This document shows positions 39,290 through 59,804 of a stretch of 64,000 bases of DNA, in pieces (position 1 is the first letter of the stretch; each line of letters opens with the position of its first letter). Origin of the DNA: Eledone cirrhosa. Taxonomy: Eukaryota. The DNA is taken from the NCBI GenBank assembly GCA_964016885.1, contig OZ024741.1, forward strand, positions 155,496,001 to 155,560,000, given 5' to 3'. The translations under genes were made by a program, and so were the position numbers. The notes under the pieces were generated by a model. The model was not told the DNA's origin, made no database searches, and saw only the letters and a program-made list of their open reading frames with translations.

Positions 39290-41180
39290 TGAATCAGCCG
39301 TCTGTCGTCAATGAAGATTTCCTCAATCTCATTCCAGAAAAACCTGTGAAAGTAGCTCTCGCAGGACCACCGACGCTTGTGGAGGTTGCAGTAGCTATCT
39401 CGAAGCTGAACAGTGGAAGGTCTCCAGGTATGGATGGCATACATGCAGAGCTCCTAAAATATGGTGGTGAGAGACTTCTGCAACATCTTCACTCTTTGTT
39501 TGGCAGGATATGGGCTAGTGAATCCGTACCTGAGGACTGCAGAGATGCAGTAATGGTGGTCTTGTACAACGGAAAGGGCAACAAGAACGATTGTGGAAAT
39601 TACAGAGGTATATCATTGCTTTCTGTCGTAGGAAAAATGTTATGTAGGTTGCTTCTGGACCGTCTGCTGACACACATTGCAGATTGTGTTCTTCATGAAA
39701 GTCAATCAGGTTTTCGTGTTGGACGCGGCACTACTAATATGATATTCTCAGCTAGATAGCTCCAGGGGAAGTGCACGGAACAAGGTTCGGATCTATATCA
39801 GGTTGTTGTCGATCTGACAAAAGCTTTCGATACTATTAACAAAAATGCATTGTGGAAGGTTCTCCAGAAACTTGGTTGCCCTGATAAGTTCCTTGCTTTG
39901 GTTAGGTCTTTCCATGACGACATGAAGGCTTGGGTTAATTTCAGAGCCTATCTCAGTAACAAATGGAGTGAAACGAGGGGATATTCCAGCACCGACCCTG
40001 TTTGCCATATACTTTGCAATGGTTTTCTGTATTGCATTCAGGAATTGCGAGCATGGTGTTTACATCCGATATCGAAACTCAGTCAGCATATTTAACATCA
40101 GGCGCTTTGCTGCAAAAACAAAAGTATTTACATCAATCATAAGAGACTTCTTGTATGCAGATGATTGCGATCTTGTAGCGCACACAGAGAGTGATATGCA
40201 GCACATTTTGAATGCATTTGTTGATGCTTGCACTGCCCTAGGATTGACTGTCAGTCTCAAGAAAACTGTCGTCATGTAGCAACCTGCTCCTGGTAAGCAG
40301 TACAGTGAACCAAATATCTATGTGTATGGTAAACGACTTGGAGTGGTTGATCAGTTTGTCTACCTGGGAAGCACTGTCAATCGAAACAGCAACCTTGATA
40401 ATGAAATTCAACTCAGGATTAGGAAAGCAAGTGATGCTTTCGGAAAGCTAGAAAGGCGACTCTGGGGTCGACGAGACATATGCAAGAAGACAAAGGTAAA
40501 GGTATACAAGGCATGTGTGCTCTCTTCTCTTCTTCCTGCCTGCAAGACCTGGGTCACGTATCGACACCACCTTAAATAATTGGAGCGTTTCCATCAGATG
40601 TGTCTCAGACGGATCCATGGCGTTCACTGGAAGGACCATATCAGTGATGCCGAGATTTTGGAAAGCCCTCTGTGTGACAGTATAGAAGCTCTTGTGCTTA
40701 AGCAAAGTCTCCGTTGGAGTGGTCACCTTGCCAGGATGAAGGATTCTAGAATACCAAAACAACTCTTTTATGGAGAGTTAGTTAAAGGAAAACGAGCTCC
40801 ACATAAAACAAAAAAGAGGTATAAGGATTCGTTGAAAGCCTCTTTGAAAGACGCTAACATATATGCTGATACATTGGAAAATGTTGCTGCTGATCGTAAT
40901 AAATGGAGAAAGACTGTATACGAGTGGAAAGTTGCCTTTGAGGCATCTCGAATCGCATATGAGAAAGTAAAGAGGGATGTGAGGAAGGGCATTACTGTTG
41001 CACTTCCAGACAGCAAAGATCCTCCTATGGCGCCGACATGCAGCGTCTGTGCGAGACTCTGCCTAAGCAAAGCCGGCTATTCCCAGTGAATGTTTTGGTT
41101 GCCAACTCTGTGCAAGACATTTTAGATCATTGGCTGGGCTAAAAAGCCACATTCGATCGCAGCACACTGTTAATTGTTAT
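39290..41180 (+). mobile_element. 5'-truncated RTE-clade LINE (RT + C-terminal C2H2 fingers), degenerate
   Basis: SPGMDGI, CGNYRGISLLS, DLTKAFD, FLYADD, FVYLGS, LRWSGHLARM..RIPKQLFYGEL, then CSVC and CQLC...LAGLKSHIRSQH. Confidence 0.93.
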
Positions 41181-41181
41181 C

Positions 41182-41287
<106 letters not shown>

Positions 41288-41304
41288 ATGTATATATATG
41301 TGTA

Positions 41305-41353
<49 letters not shown>

Positions 41354-41358
<5 letters not shown>

Positions 41359-41452
41359 TGGTTACACAACAGTTAGTTCACCATACCGAGAACAATTGTT
41401 TCACCTTAGCGGATCCTCAGCTCGGAAACCGACCTGTTGTGTAACCACTTAT
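41354..41452. mobile_element. ~100-bp element with 19-bp terminal inverted repeats enclosing a hammerhead, inside (TA)n
   Basis: ATAAGTGGTTACACAACAG (41354-41372) / CTGTTGTGTAACCACTTAT (41434-41452). Confidence 0.72.
41386..41425 (-). ncRNA. Minimal type I hammerhead (family H9)
   Basis: Minus strand: CCGAG CTGAGGA T CC gctaa GG T GAAA CAATTG TT CTCGG. Palindromic stem III, GUU triplet. Confidence 0.85.
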
Positions 41453-41532
41453 ATATATATATATATATACACACAACTCGTCCCATGGACTGAGTGCTCT
41501 ACCACTACGGATATTACCTTCCAGTGTTCCAC

Positions 41533-41635
<103 letters not shown>

Positions 41636-41835
41636 TACACATATATATACATGCACACATGTATATATATGTGTATGTGTGTGTGTGTATATATATATAT
41701 ACACACGTCCCATGGACTAACTAACTCGTCCCATGGACTGAGTGCTCTACCACTACGGATATTACCTTCCAGTGTTCCACCACTATGTATATATATATAT
41801 ATATATAATTATTATTATTATCATCATCATCATCT

Positions 41836-48985
<7,150 letters not shown>

Positions 48986-49019
48986 ATGTATGTATGCATG
49001 TGTGTATGTATGTATGTTA

Positions 49020-50400
49020 TCTCTTTCTTTTGATCTTGGGTTTATGTTTGACTGACCACCTTCCTGGTGGAAAGGTTGCGCAGAAAAGATATTTTCACGA
49101 TCCCTTGTACAATCGTCCATCTTTCGAATCGTAAAAATGTTTTAAAGATTTTGAAAGTTTCAGATATTATAGCTTATGAATTAAAGAGCTGCGTTCTTTC
49201 TCATACATCCAGGTTCTGTCATACTTTGGTCCAAAGCAAGTTAATGTATATCTCGTAGGTCTAGTGATAATAGTTATGAAACTGAACGTTTATTTTGGGT
49301 ACTGGGCCTGCAAACTCCTCATCAATAGTTTATGTTTCTTATTACATTGACATTGGGTGGGCAGTTGCTTTCTACAGCAGGGCATGTTTTTAATGTGTGG
49401 CCCCCCAAAACAATATAAGGCTGCTTGTGTTTTAATTAGTTCGGTTCTTGCAATGATCAGTGCAGCAGGTGAAATTCTGGCATTAGAATGGACACAGAAA
49501 ATGTGTTATGGGCAATGCGCTTGTTGTACCCCGCGAGTTCTGACGATCATATACTCGTTACCCACCTAAGGTATTAATGCCTAGTCCTCTTCTTATTAAA
49601 GGACGTATCATATCTGACATTCTCATCCTGTTCAAATTGTCACCTGACTGTAGAGGATGTATCGGCAAACCATTCATATTTAGATTTTCATAGGTGGGCA
49701 CAGATTTTCCACATTTTCTGTTTAAAAAAAAAGTGCATTTTGACTCATCAAATGCCCTACGCCCGTAGAGAATTGAGTAAGCAGGTCCAATTGCATTTTC
49801 ATATGGTTGTTATTTGACCCTTACAACTTCAGGTCATCAACAAAGAAAAGATGGAAGATACTTTTGGATCCATTTCTATGACCCCTATTATTTATGGGTT
49901 TAACGAGAAAATGAAAAGCAGCACTGTAAATCTATCACCTGCAAGATGCCTTTTTAGTAGTGTATGGTATCACACTCAATTTGCTTCTTGTCATCTCTAC
50001 TGAACAGACTAGTGTACGAAGTCAAGGTCAATCATTGCATAGCAGCTACTAGTGGTTATGGGGATTTTTGCTAACTTTATGTAGAGCTGCATCTAACATT
50101 ACACCGTCAATTTCATATTTCTTTTGTTTAATATGCTAGTAGTAATCCTGCTCTAGTTCTGGCCATACAGTTGTATGTTGATCTCGTCATTTGTTTTCCA
50201 TACAGATTTCCAATAGCTTCCAAATTGATCTTCTGTATGGGTTTCTTTTGCAGAAATTATGCCTTTTACATTGAGGCTGTGATAGAATAATTTGAGAGCT
50301 CTGGCAAATTATCTATTCAGCATTTAGTGTTTATATGTTGTAGATTTATAATTTAGTTTTGCAGCTGTTACTATTAATACTGTTGTTAGCATTGTAATAA
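49020..50400 (-). mobile_element. Highly degenerate R4/Dong-like RT fragment
   Basis: Manual translation: GDRFTVLLFIFSLNP, LFFVDDLKL, NGLPIHPL, ELAGYNKRIAHNTFSVSIL, colinear with 26386-28005. Confidence 0.75.
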
Positions 50401-50461
50401 TAGTAACAGCTGCACAACTAAATTATAAATCTACAACATATAAACACTAAATGCTGAACAG

Positions 50462-50511
<50 letters not shown>

Positions 50512-50513
<2 letters not shown>

Positions 50514-53500
50514 TTTCTTTATTAACCACAAGGGTTTACATAAAGTAGACATTAAGGACAGTGCAGGACAATGCAGGACGGTACAAATGGGCATTTCTGC
50601 GTGTAAAAAAAAACAAAAACAGAGGATGTAACAAAAATAACAATGAAAATAACAATGAAAAATTCCCCAATAGGGGGGAGACTTCGGAGGGACATTTGTG
50701 GAGAAAGCCCAGTAAAAGCCACAATGACCCTGACCACCAAGGCAAGTGCCCTCTCCCAGTTTTCCACTCTTGTTTACAGATATATACTCAGAGTCGGCCC
50801 ATTCACTCGGGCCATTCTTGCTTCTCTCACCCATCTTTCAACAAAATGCTGGGAAGAGAGCACTTCCTTCTCTACTCTGATTTTCCTTTTCAAATGAAAT
50901 TTGAAAAAGTCAATCAGAGCATCACCGAAGAGGTAAGTGCTCGTCTTCAGCCCTTTCAAACGTGTCCACCATACTATCTCTTTCGCCATGGCCACCAGAC
51001 AGATAAAAACTGCCTGCCCTTCCCGGCTAAAGGAGGAGGGCGGGGCAATCCTCACGATAGACTCAGATGATAGCTGGATCCGTCCTAAACGCGACAGCAG
51101 GTGTTCGACATAAACCCACAAGTCAGCAATTTTCGGACACTGGACGAGTGCGTGCAGGACGGTTTCGTCGCCCTGCGCGCATCTCGGACATGCCCGGCTG
51201 ACGGCACCTCCATGCCTGTAGAGTTTATCCCGAACTGGCAAGGCTCCTCGGTAGCACTGCCAGGCCAGAGATTTCTGGAAGTTGTCCATAGGCCCTGGCC
51301 CGAAAGTTCTTCCGAAGAGATTGGCTAGTTGATTTTCGTCGACGCCTAGAGTTTCCCCAAGTACGTCGTCGCTCTTCCCCTCCACTAATCCTCTATAGAA
51401 CGCCGAGGTGGAGTTTCCACCGATCACATTGCCCGATTGGTCGAGGGCTGTGAGCGCCTGAAGACATTCCAGTCTCCAGGCGCTCCCTCTCGGTCTTCGC
51501 TTGACCCAGGACTGCAGCTCCGTCAAGGAAACGAGCTGGGGAAAAACGCGTCTAGCAAACGGCGACCACACCTGATCACCGTCGAGGAAGAGGTGGAGAT
51601 GTCGTAGCCTGAGCGCGTGCCTGCGCATCATCAGCCACGGCATGCCCAGCCCTCCACGTAGCGGGTGTTGACAACAGATGGACCGCCTGACCATCGGAGC
51701 ACGTCCCTTCCACAAAAAGCGAAAGAGCAAACGCTCCAGCGCAGTCAGGCGAGGCTTAGGACAAGGTACGACGGTTAGGCGGTAGCAGATGACAGACGCG
51801 ATGTACGCGTTAGCCACCTCCGCTCGACCTTTCAGGGATAGCTTCCTCTCCGCCCATTTCTGGGTGAGAGAAGCCACCCTGCTCGTCACCTCGTCCCAGT
51901 TTTTGTCCGTCTGGAGGTCTGGACCGAACCAGACCCCTAGCAATTTAACCGGTCCGTCCGTCCAGCCCCCGACGACGCTGTTGGACGGCATGGACCTGCC
52001 TCTCCAGGTGCCGAGCTGCAGGCCCACTGACTTTTCCTGGTTGATCATTGCTCCTGTCACCGCTTCGTATTCTCTTAGTGTAGTGCCGATCGCCTCGATG
52101 TTTTTGGCGTTCGACACCACTACGGTGACATCGTCGGCATATGCTGACACGGATCTTCCGCATCCTAGTTCGCGCGGGACCCCTCTCAACGTCTCCAGCT
52201 TGTGCAGTAATGGCTCGAGAGTCAGTACGTACAATAGGGACGAGAGAGGACATCCTTGGCGGACCGAACGCATGATGTTGAACGGTTCCGAAAGGTGACC
52301 GTTCACTCTCACTACAGAGCAGATGTCGCTGTGCATGGCAGCGATCCAGCCTCTGAAGACGGGCCCAAAGCTAGCCGCCCTCAGGACTGCCGTTAGGTAA
52401 CGATGGTCGACCCTATCGAAGGCTTTCGACTGATCTAAATTGATCAAAGACCCACCCGTGCCAGGTTCCCTAGCTACCCTCTCTACGATGTATCGCATGA
52501 GGTGGAGGTTGTCGTGGATGGATCTGTCGGGAATGGCGCATGTCTGTGCCTCTCCCACCAGAGCACCAACGACAAGCGCCAACCTCTTTGCTAGCACCTT
52601 GGTCCATCCCTCGATCCGGCCCGCCACTGCCCCCGAACAGTTGAGCGAAGTGTCGCTGAAAAGCTTCACACATTTGCCCGGGATCGAGTAGCATGCGCCC
52701 GTCGTGATCCACCAAAGACCGGATCGTGGCTTTGTTGCCACGACGCGCCTCCGCCACTCGGGCCCATTGAACGGCTTTCGTCCCCTCGTGTCTGAGAGCA
52801 CGCACCTTAGCTCTGACAACGCAGCCTTTGTGCTTTGCATTGAAGAATTGGTCAAGGGCCAATTTCGCCGCAAGCGCGTCGGTCGCGATGCCTTTGCTAA
52901 GCGCCTCATCTAATTTTCTAACTAGTTCTCCCTCTGCTCTATTTTTCTCTATTGCTAAAGTCTTACTAAACCTAATGAACTCTATTCTAATTGCTCTTTT
53001 CAAAGCAAACCACCACTTGTTGTTGACGATGGCCCCCGTCAGCGCCCGCTTAACTAGTTCGCTAATCCGGTCTCTGTAGTCCTTGCGCGCTGGTAAGGAC
53101 GCGTTTAGCTTCCAGTAGCCGGGTCCTCGCCTATGAAGCCTATCTAAGTCAAGCACACAGATCACGAATTTGTGGTCCGTGTAGCTGACTATCTTGAATT
53201 GTGGACAGCCTATGCTAGACTTATCTATTTCCCTACAAAATACTCTATCTAGATATGATCTGGATGACCCTATGCGATTTGTCCAAGTCTACATTGGTAC
53301 ATTCGGGAAATCCATTCGGTACCTGTCAGACAGTTCAAAACGTCTGAGCAGGTTGGTGAGACTCTTGCACCCTCCTTCCCTATCCACTAATCCCACACAA
53401 TCCCAGCGTGCATCTAAGATCCCGTTCCAGTCGCCCACTAACACTAAAGAGCGGGACGTTCCAAGAAAGGTCTCCAGACGCCGGAAGAAATCAGGCCGCC

Positions 53501-56083
53501 CTGCTCCTGTCGGGGCATAGACGGCCACTAACCTGAAAGCTTGCCCGTCTCCGCTGGTCGCGTCCAGCACCACCAACTTACCTTCTGGGTCCAGGAAGAT
53601 GACCCGTATGGCAAGATCCAAACCTCTCCGAAAAAGCACAGCAACTCCTCCCCCCGATCCCGGACGGCTGGGAGATGCGTACACATCGTAGCCGCCGAAG
53701 ATCGGTGCGAATGCCTGTGCTTCGGAGATTCTGGTCTCGCTGATGGCCACTACATCTATGTTTAGTGACCTGAGGTCGTTGAGCAGGTGGCCCTGCTTCC
53801 ATGACGACCCCAAGCCACGCGCATTTATGCTGCCTATTCTGAGTGAGGTCATGTTGAAAAGGAGTGGAAAAGATGGGAAAGACCACTTACCTTACTTCTC
53901 GTAGGGGAAGGACGGTTTTTCCATCCTTTTCACTGCTTGTGGCCTCCTCAGGAAGGATGTCCTTATAAATCCTCCTGGAGAGTGCTTGTCGGAAGTCTCC
54001 GATGTCTTTGGGGAATTTTTGTTTTAGTGTCATGTACGTTTTCTGTGTGATGCGAGTGATTTGTATGTGTGGAGGTGGTGTGAATTTTGGGGTTGTTGTG
54101 TAGTCTTTTTCTGTGATGCTGGTGTTGTGTTGGATGTAGTGCAATAATTGCTTGTTGTTCAAATTTAATGCTGTGTAGTGTGTATCGTTTTGGTTGTTTT
54201 GTTTTGTTTGCGTTTGTTGTGGGTTTGTTTCTGTTTCGCATTTTGGTGACTTTTGTGGTGTAGGTGATGGTGGTGTTGGAGTTAATGATGGTGATGGTGT
54301 TGGTGTTTGGGTTGATGGGGTTGGTGATGCTGGTGTGGATGGTGGCATATCTGTCCTAACTTTTTTGTTTCTTAGTTTATTTGTTTCCCTCTGTATTTTG
54401 TTTTTGGAGGGGGAAGGAAGAGAATTTTTTCTTTTTTGGTTTCTTTTTTTTTTTCCGGATATCGTTTCCCACTCCTCGTCGTCACAATCTGTCTCCAGTT
54501 GTGATAGGCCGGGGAGTGGAAAATCCTCCACAGGCGTTAGTTTTGGTTGTGGCATGGTGGATGGTGTAGGCGCTGGTGCTAGTTCTGAAGCGTTGGGTGG
54601 TGGTGGTGTTGGTTTTGCAGGTGGTGGTGGTGGTGTTGGTTTTGCTACTGTTGCTGGGCTTGTTGCTGTTATAGTTGCTTCTGTTGTTGCTGCTACAGTT
54701 GTTGCTTGCATCTCTGCTACTGGTGGTGTTGATGGTTGTGTCACTGGGGTGGGTAGGAGAGGTGGCCTCAACCTTTTAGCCTGAGGGCAGAAAGCCCTTA
54801 GGTGGGTTCCTTCACCACAAACGACACACCTACGTCTTCTGCCCTCGACAATTACCGTGAGGTGGCTGCCGTCAGTGAGGTCTATTACCTCTGGGATCTC
54901 CTCAATGCTTTTTTGGTCCGCTTGGATCAGGAGCCCCATCCCAGATCCGGACCAGTTCTCCTGCTTTTCTTTTGCTAATGCTATTATTTTTGTGTTGGCT
55001 TCGATGCCGGAGAGGACGGCTGCTATTAGCCAGGGAATTTCGATGGCCGGTGGAACGTGGGTCACCCTGATCTTTACGAGTCTCTGGCCACAATAGCTTG
55101 GGACGAGTGTGAAGTCGTCACTTCTTAATGGGGCCATGGAGTGTTCTCTAGCCTCCTCTGGTGTTTCAAAGAACACGTCCACGGTTCCATACTTTTGCCC
55201 ACGTCTGATGTGGGTTTTTCTTGCCCACACATGTCCCAAAGCTTTTTGGATTTGGGACTCGGATGCCCGTTCCACTCGGCGCGATTTTACATTTATTGTT
55301 CTATACGACACGGTGCATAGGCGCCGATGCTCCATTTTATTAGGTGGGGGGGGGGGGGGTGATGCTGACCCTGTACCCATCTTTCTTTACCATTTGTTTG
55401 GCATTTTCTAAATCTTCTTGAGTTACGGTGAATGCTTCGAATTGTTTTGCTACTCTGGCGAAACTGAGTGGGCGTTTTATAATGTCATTGTTGTTGTTGT
55501 TGCTATCGTTAATATTAATTTTAGTTTCAGTTGTGGTGGTGAGGTCAGTCGTCTTTGGTGGGGAAGAGTCCATTTTGCTTGATTTCATTTCGACATCACG
55601 AGTTAATATATTTTTTTCTTCTTTTGTTTCTGTTGTCGCGGTGGTGGTGGTGGTGGTGGTTGTCACGGTGGTGGTGGTGGTGGAGGCTTTAACAACTGCA
55701 GTCATTGGTAATGGCGGGAAATGAATGTCTGCCTGAGACAAATTTAAAATATTGCTACTGCTTATATTTTTTTTTGTGTTGGCAAACGTAGTAACATTTA
55801 CAATGGTGGTGTCGGTGTGAGGTGTTAATTTGTGAGAAAGACTTTCAGCTGCTTCGTGCAGAGGTGAATTAGCCATTTTTTTCAAATAAATTTTTGATAA
55901 TAATAAAAGTTTAAATTTTGGGCACAAGGCCCCAATCTTTTTGGGTGTCCTTTTCGGAAAACAATGTATGTGCGCTTATAAACAGTTAACAATAACATTT
56001 TCCATAAATGACAATTTTTAACAAACGGAAATAACAAACCTTTGAGGAGCTCACGATGATACGATTTACTACGTAGGTCGCCA
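50512..56083 (-). mobile_element. L1/Tx1-clade LINE (copy B) with a ~341-bp RT deletion and a premature stop
   Basis: Very similar to copy C; ORF1 53887-55873, ORF2 50774-53852; flanked by (TAA)n on both sides. Confidence 0.95.
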
Positions 56084-56350
56084 ATTATAATAATAATAAT
56101 AATAATGTTTTCTTTATTAACCACAAGGGTTTACATAAAGTAGACATTAAGGACAGTACAGGACAATACAGGACGGTACAAATGGGCATTTCTGCGTGTA
56201 AAAAAAACGGAGGTTGAAATAAAATAACAAAGAAAAATTCCCCAATAGGGGGGAGACTTCCGAGGGACATTTGTGGAGAAAGCCCATTAAAAGACCACAG
56301 TGGCCCTGACCACCAGGGCAAGTGCCCTCTCCCAGTTTTACACCTTTAAT

Positions 56351-59300
56351 TTACAGACACATACTCAGAGAAGGCCCATTCATTCGGGCCATACTTGCTT
56401 CTCTCACCCATCTTTCAACAAAATGCTGGGAAGAGAGCACTTCCCTCTCTACCCTGATTTTCCTTTTCAAATGAAATTTGAAAAAGTTAATCAGGGCATC
56501 ACCGAAGAGGTAAGTGCTCGTCTTCAGCCCTTTCAAACGTGTCCACCATACTATCTCTTTCGCCATGGCCACCAGACAGATAAAAACTGCCTGCCCTTCC
56601 CGGCTAAAGGAAGGGGGCGGGGCAATCCTCACGATGGACTCAGCTGATAGCTGGATCCGTCCTACACGTGACAGCAGGTGTTCGACATAAACCCACAAGT
56701 CAGCAATGCTCGGACACTGGACGAGTGCGTGCAGGACGGTTTCGTCGCCCTGCGCGCATCTCGGACATGCCCGGCTGACGGCACCTCCATGCCTGTAGAG
56801 TTTATCCCGAACTGGCAAAGCTCCTCGGTAGCACTGCCAGGCCAGGGATTTCTGGAAGTTGTCCATAGGCCCCGGCCCGAAAGTCCTTCCGAAGAGATTG
56901 GCTAGTTAATTTTCGTCGACGCCAAGAGTTTCTCCAAGTACGTCGTCGCTCTTCCCCTCCACTAATCCCCTATAGAACGCCAAGGTGGAGTTTCCACCGA
57001 TCACATTGCCCGATTGGTCGAGGGCTGTGAGCGCCTGAAGACATTCCAGTCTCCAAGCGCTCCCTCTCGGTATTTGCTTGACCCAGGACTGCAGCTCCGT
57101 CAAGGAGACGAGCTGGGGAAAAACGTGTCTCGCAAACGGCGACCACACCAGATCACCGTCGAGGAAGAGGTGGAGATGTCGTAGCCTGAGCGCGTGTCTG
57201 CGCATCATCAGCCACGGCATGCCCAGCCCTCCACGTAGCGGGTGTTGACAGCAGATGGACCGCCTGACCATCGGAGCGCATCCCTTCCACAAGAAGTGAA
57301 AGAGCAAACGCTCCAGCGCAGTCAGGCGGGGCTTAGGACAAGGTACGACGGTCAGACGGTAGTAGATGACGGATGCGATGTACGCATTCGCCACCTCCGC
57401 TCGACCTTTCAGGGATAGCTTCCTCTCGGCCCATTTCTGGGTGAGGGAAGCCAGCCTGCTCGTCACCTCGTCCCAGTTTTTGTCCGTCTGGAGGTCCGGA
57501 CCGAACCAGACCCCTAGCAATTTAACCGGTCCGTCCGTCCAGCGTCCGACGACGCTGTTGGACGGCATGGACCTGCCTCTCCAGGTGCCGAGCTGCAGGC
57601 CCACTGACTTTTCCTGGTTGATCATTGCTCCTGTCACCGCTTCGTATTCTCTTAGTGTAGTGCCGATCGCCTCGATGAGTTTAGCGTTCGACACCACTAC
57701 GGTGACATCGTCGGCATATGCTGACACGGATCTTCCGCATCCTAGTTCGCGCGGGACCCCCCTCAACGTCTCCAGTTTGTGCAGTATTGGCTCGAGAGTC
57801 AATACGTACAATAGAGACGAGAGTGGACATCCTTGGCGGACCGAGTGCATGATGTTGAACGGTTCCGAAAGGTGACCGTTCACTCTCACTACAGAGCAGA
57901 TGTCGCTGTGCATGGCAGCGATCCAGCCTCTGAAGACGGGCCCAAAGCCAGCCGCCCCCAGGACTGCCGCTAGGTAACGATGGTCGACCCTATCGAAGGC
58001 TTTCGACTGATCTAAATTGATCAAAGCCCCACCCTTGCCAGATTCCCTAGCTACCCTCTCTACGATGTATCGCATGAGGTGGAGGTTGTCGTGGATGGAT
58101 CTGTCGGGAATGGCGCATGTCTGTGCCTCTCCCACCAGAGCACCAACGACAAGCGCCAACCTCTTTGCTAGCACCTTGGCCAAAATCTTGAACTCTGTGT
58201 TTAGCAGGGTTATGGGCCTAAAATTATCTATGTTATCCCCCTTGTTCAGATCCTTTCTCAGCAGCGCCACCGCTCCTCGGCTCACAGAGCTGGGAATTCT
58301 CCCGTTCTGTTGCCAGTTGCAGTAGACGTCCGCCAAGAGGCCTCCGAACAAGTTTGGCATTTGTACGTAAAGTTCATAGGGCAGACCATCCAAACCAGGC
58401 GATTTGCCCCTTGTGCAACTAGTCATTGCATCCCGTACTTCAGCGGTTGTTATCGGCTTTTCGCAACACTCCGCCTCAATGGCCGAAAGCCGCGACAGTC
58501 CGTCGAGGTAGACACTAAAGTCCATCCCTCGATCCGGCCCGCCACTGCCCCCGAACAGTTGAGCGAAGTGTCGCTGAAAAGCTTCACACATTTGCCCGGG
58601 ATCGAGTAGCATGCGCCCGTCGTGGTCCACCAAAGACCGGATCGTGGCTTTGTTGCCACGACGCGCCTCCGCCACTCGGGCCCATTGAACGGCTTTCGTC
58701 CCCTCGTGTCTGAGAGCACGCACCCTAGCTCTGACAACGCAGCCTTCGTGCTTTGCATTGAAGAATTGGTCAAGGGCCAATTTCGCCGCAAGCACGTCGG
58801 TCGCGATGCCTTTGCTAAGCGCCTCATCTAATTTTCTAAATAGTTCTCCCTCTGCTCTATTTTTCTCTATTGCTAAAGTCTTACTAAACCTAATGAACTC
58901 TATTCTAATTGCTCTTTTCAGAGCAAACCACCACTTGTTGTTGACGATGGCCCCCGTCAGCGCCCGCTTAACTAGTTCGCTAATCCGGTCTCTGTAGTCC
59001 TTGCGCGCTGGTAAGGACGCGTTTAGCTTCCAGTAGCCGGGTCCTCGCCTATGAAGCCTATCTAAGTCAAGCACACAGATCACGAATTTGTGGTCCGTGT
59101 AGCTGACTATCTTGAATTGTGGACAGCCTATGCTAGACTTATCTATTTCCCTACAAAATACTCTATCTAGATATGATCTGGATGACCCTATGCGATTTGT
59201 CCAAGTCCACATTGGTACATTCGGGAAATCCATTCGGTACCTGTCAGACAGTTCAAAACGTCTGAGCAGGTTGGTGAGACTCTTGCACCCTCCTTCCCTA

Positions 59301-59770
59301 TCCACTAATCCCACACAATCCCAGCGTGCATCTAAGATCCCGTTCCAGTCGCCCACTAACACTAAAGAGCGGGACGTTCCAAGAAAGGTCTCCAGACGCC
59401 GGAAGAAATCAGGCCGCCCTGCTCCTGTCGGGGCATAGACGGCCACTAACCTGAAAGCTTGCCCGTCTCCGCTGGTCGCGTCCAGCACCACCAACTTACC
59501 TTCTGGGTCCAGGAAGGTGGCCCGTATGGCAAGATCCAAACCTCTCCGAAAAAGCACAGCAACTCCTCCCCCCGATCCCGGACGGCTGGGAGATGCGTAC
59601 ACATCGTAGCCGCCGAAGATCGGTGCGAATGCCTGTGCTTCGGAGATTCTGGTCTCGCTGATGGCCACTACATCTATGTTTAGTGACCTGAGGTCGTTGA
59701 GCAGGTGGCCCTGCTTCCATGACGACCCCAAGCCACGCGCATTTATGCTGCCTATTCTGAGTGAGGTCAT
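56351..59770 (-). CDS. Tx1 ORF2 (APE endonuclease + reverse transcriptase + CCHC), one in-frame stop at 56906-56908
   Basis: GSINARGL, SET, GDWN, TDHK; SPGLDG, DQSKAFD, RQGCPLS, YADD; CPRC..ET..H.LVQC. Copy B has CAA (Gln) at the position of the stop. Confidence 0.93.
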
Positions 59771-59804
59771 GTTGAAAAGGAGTGGAAAAGATGGGAAAGA
59801 CCAC

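Noticed and set aside
39160-39292. Poly-His / Gly-Asp ORFs
   Set aside because: (GGT/GAT)n microsatellite abutting the truncated RTE.
52595-52610. The ~341-bp deletion in Tx1 copy B as a spliced-out intron
   Set aside because: The missing segment (about 58179-58519 in copy C) begins TTTAG and ends TGGC on the sense strand, not GT...AG.
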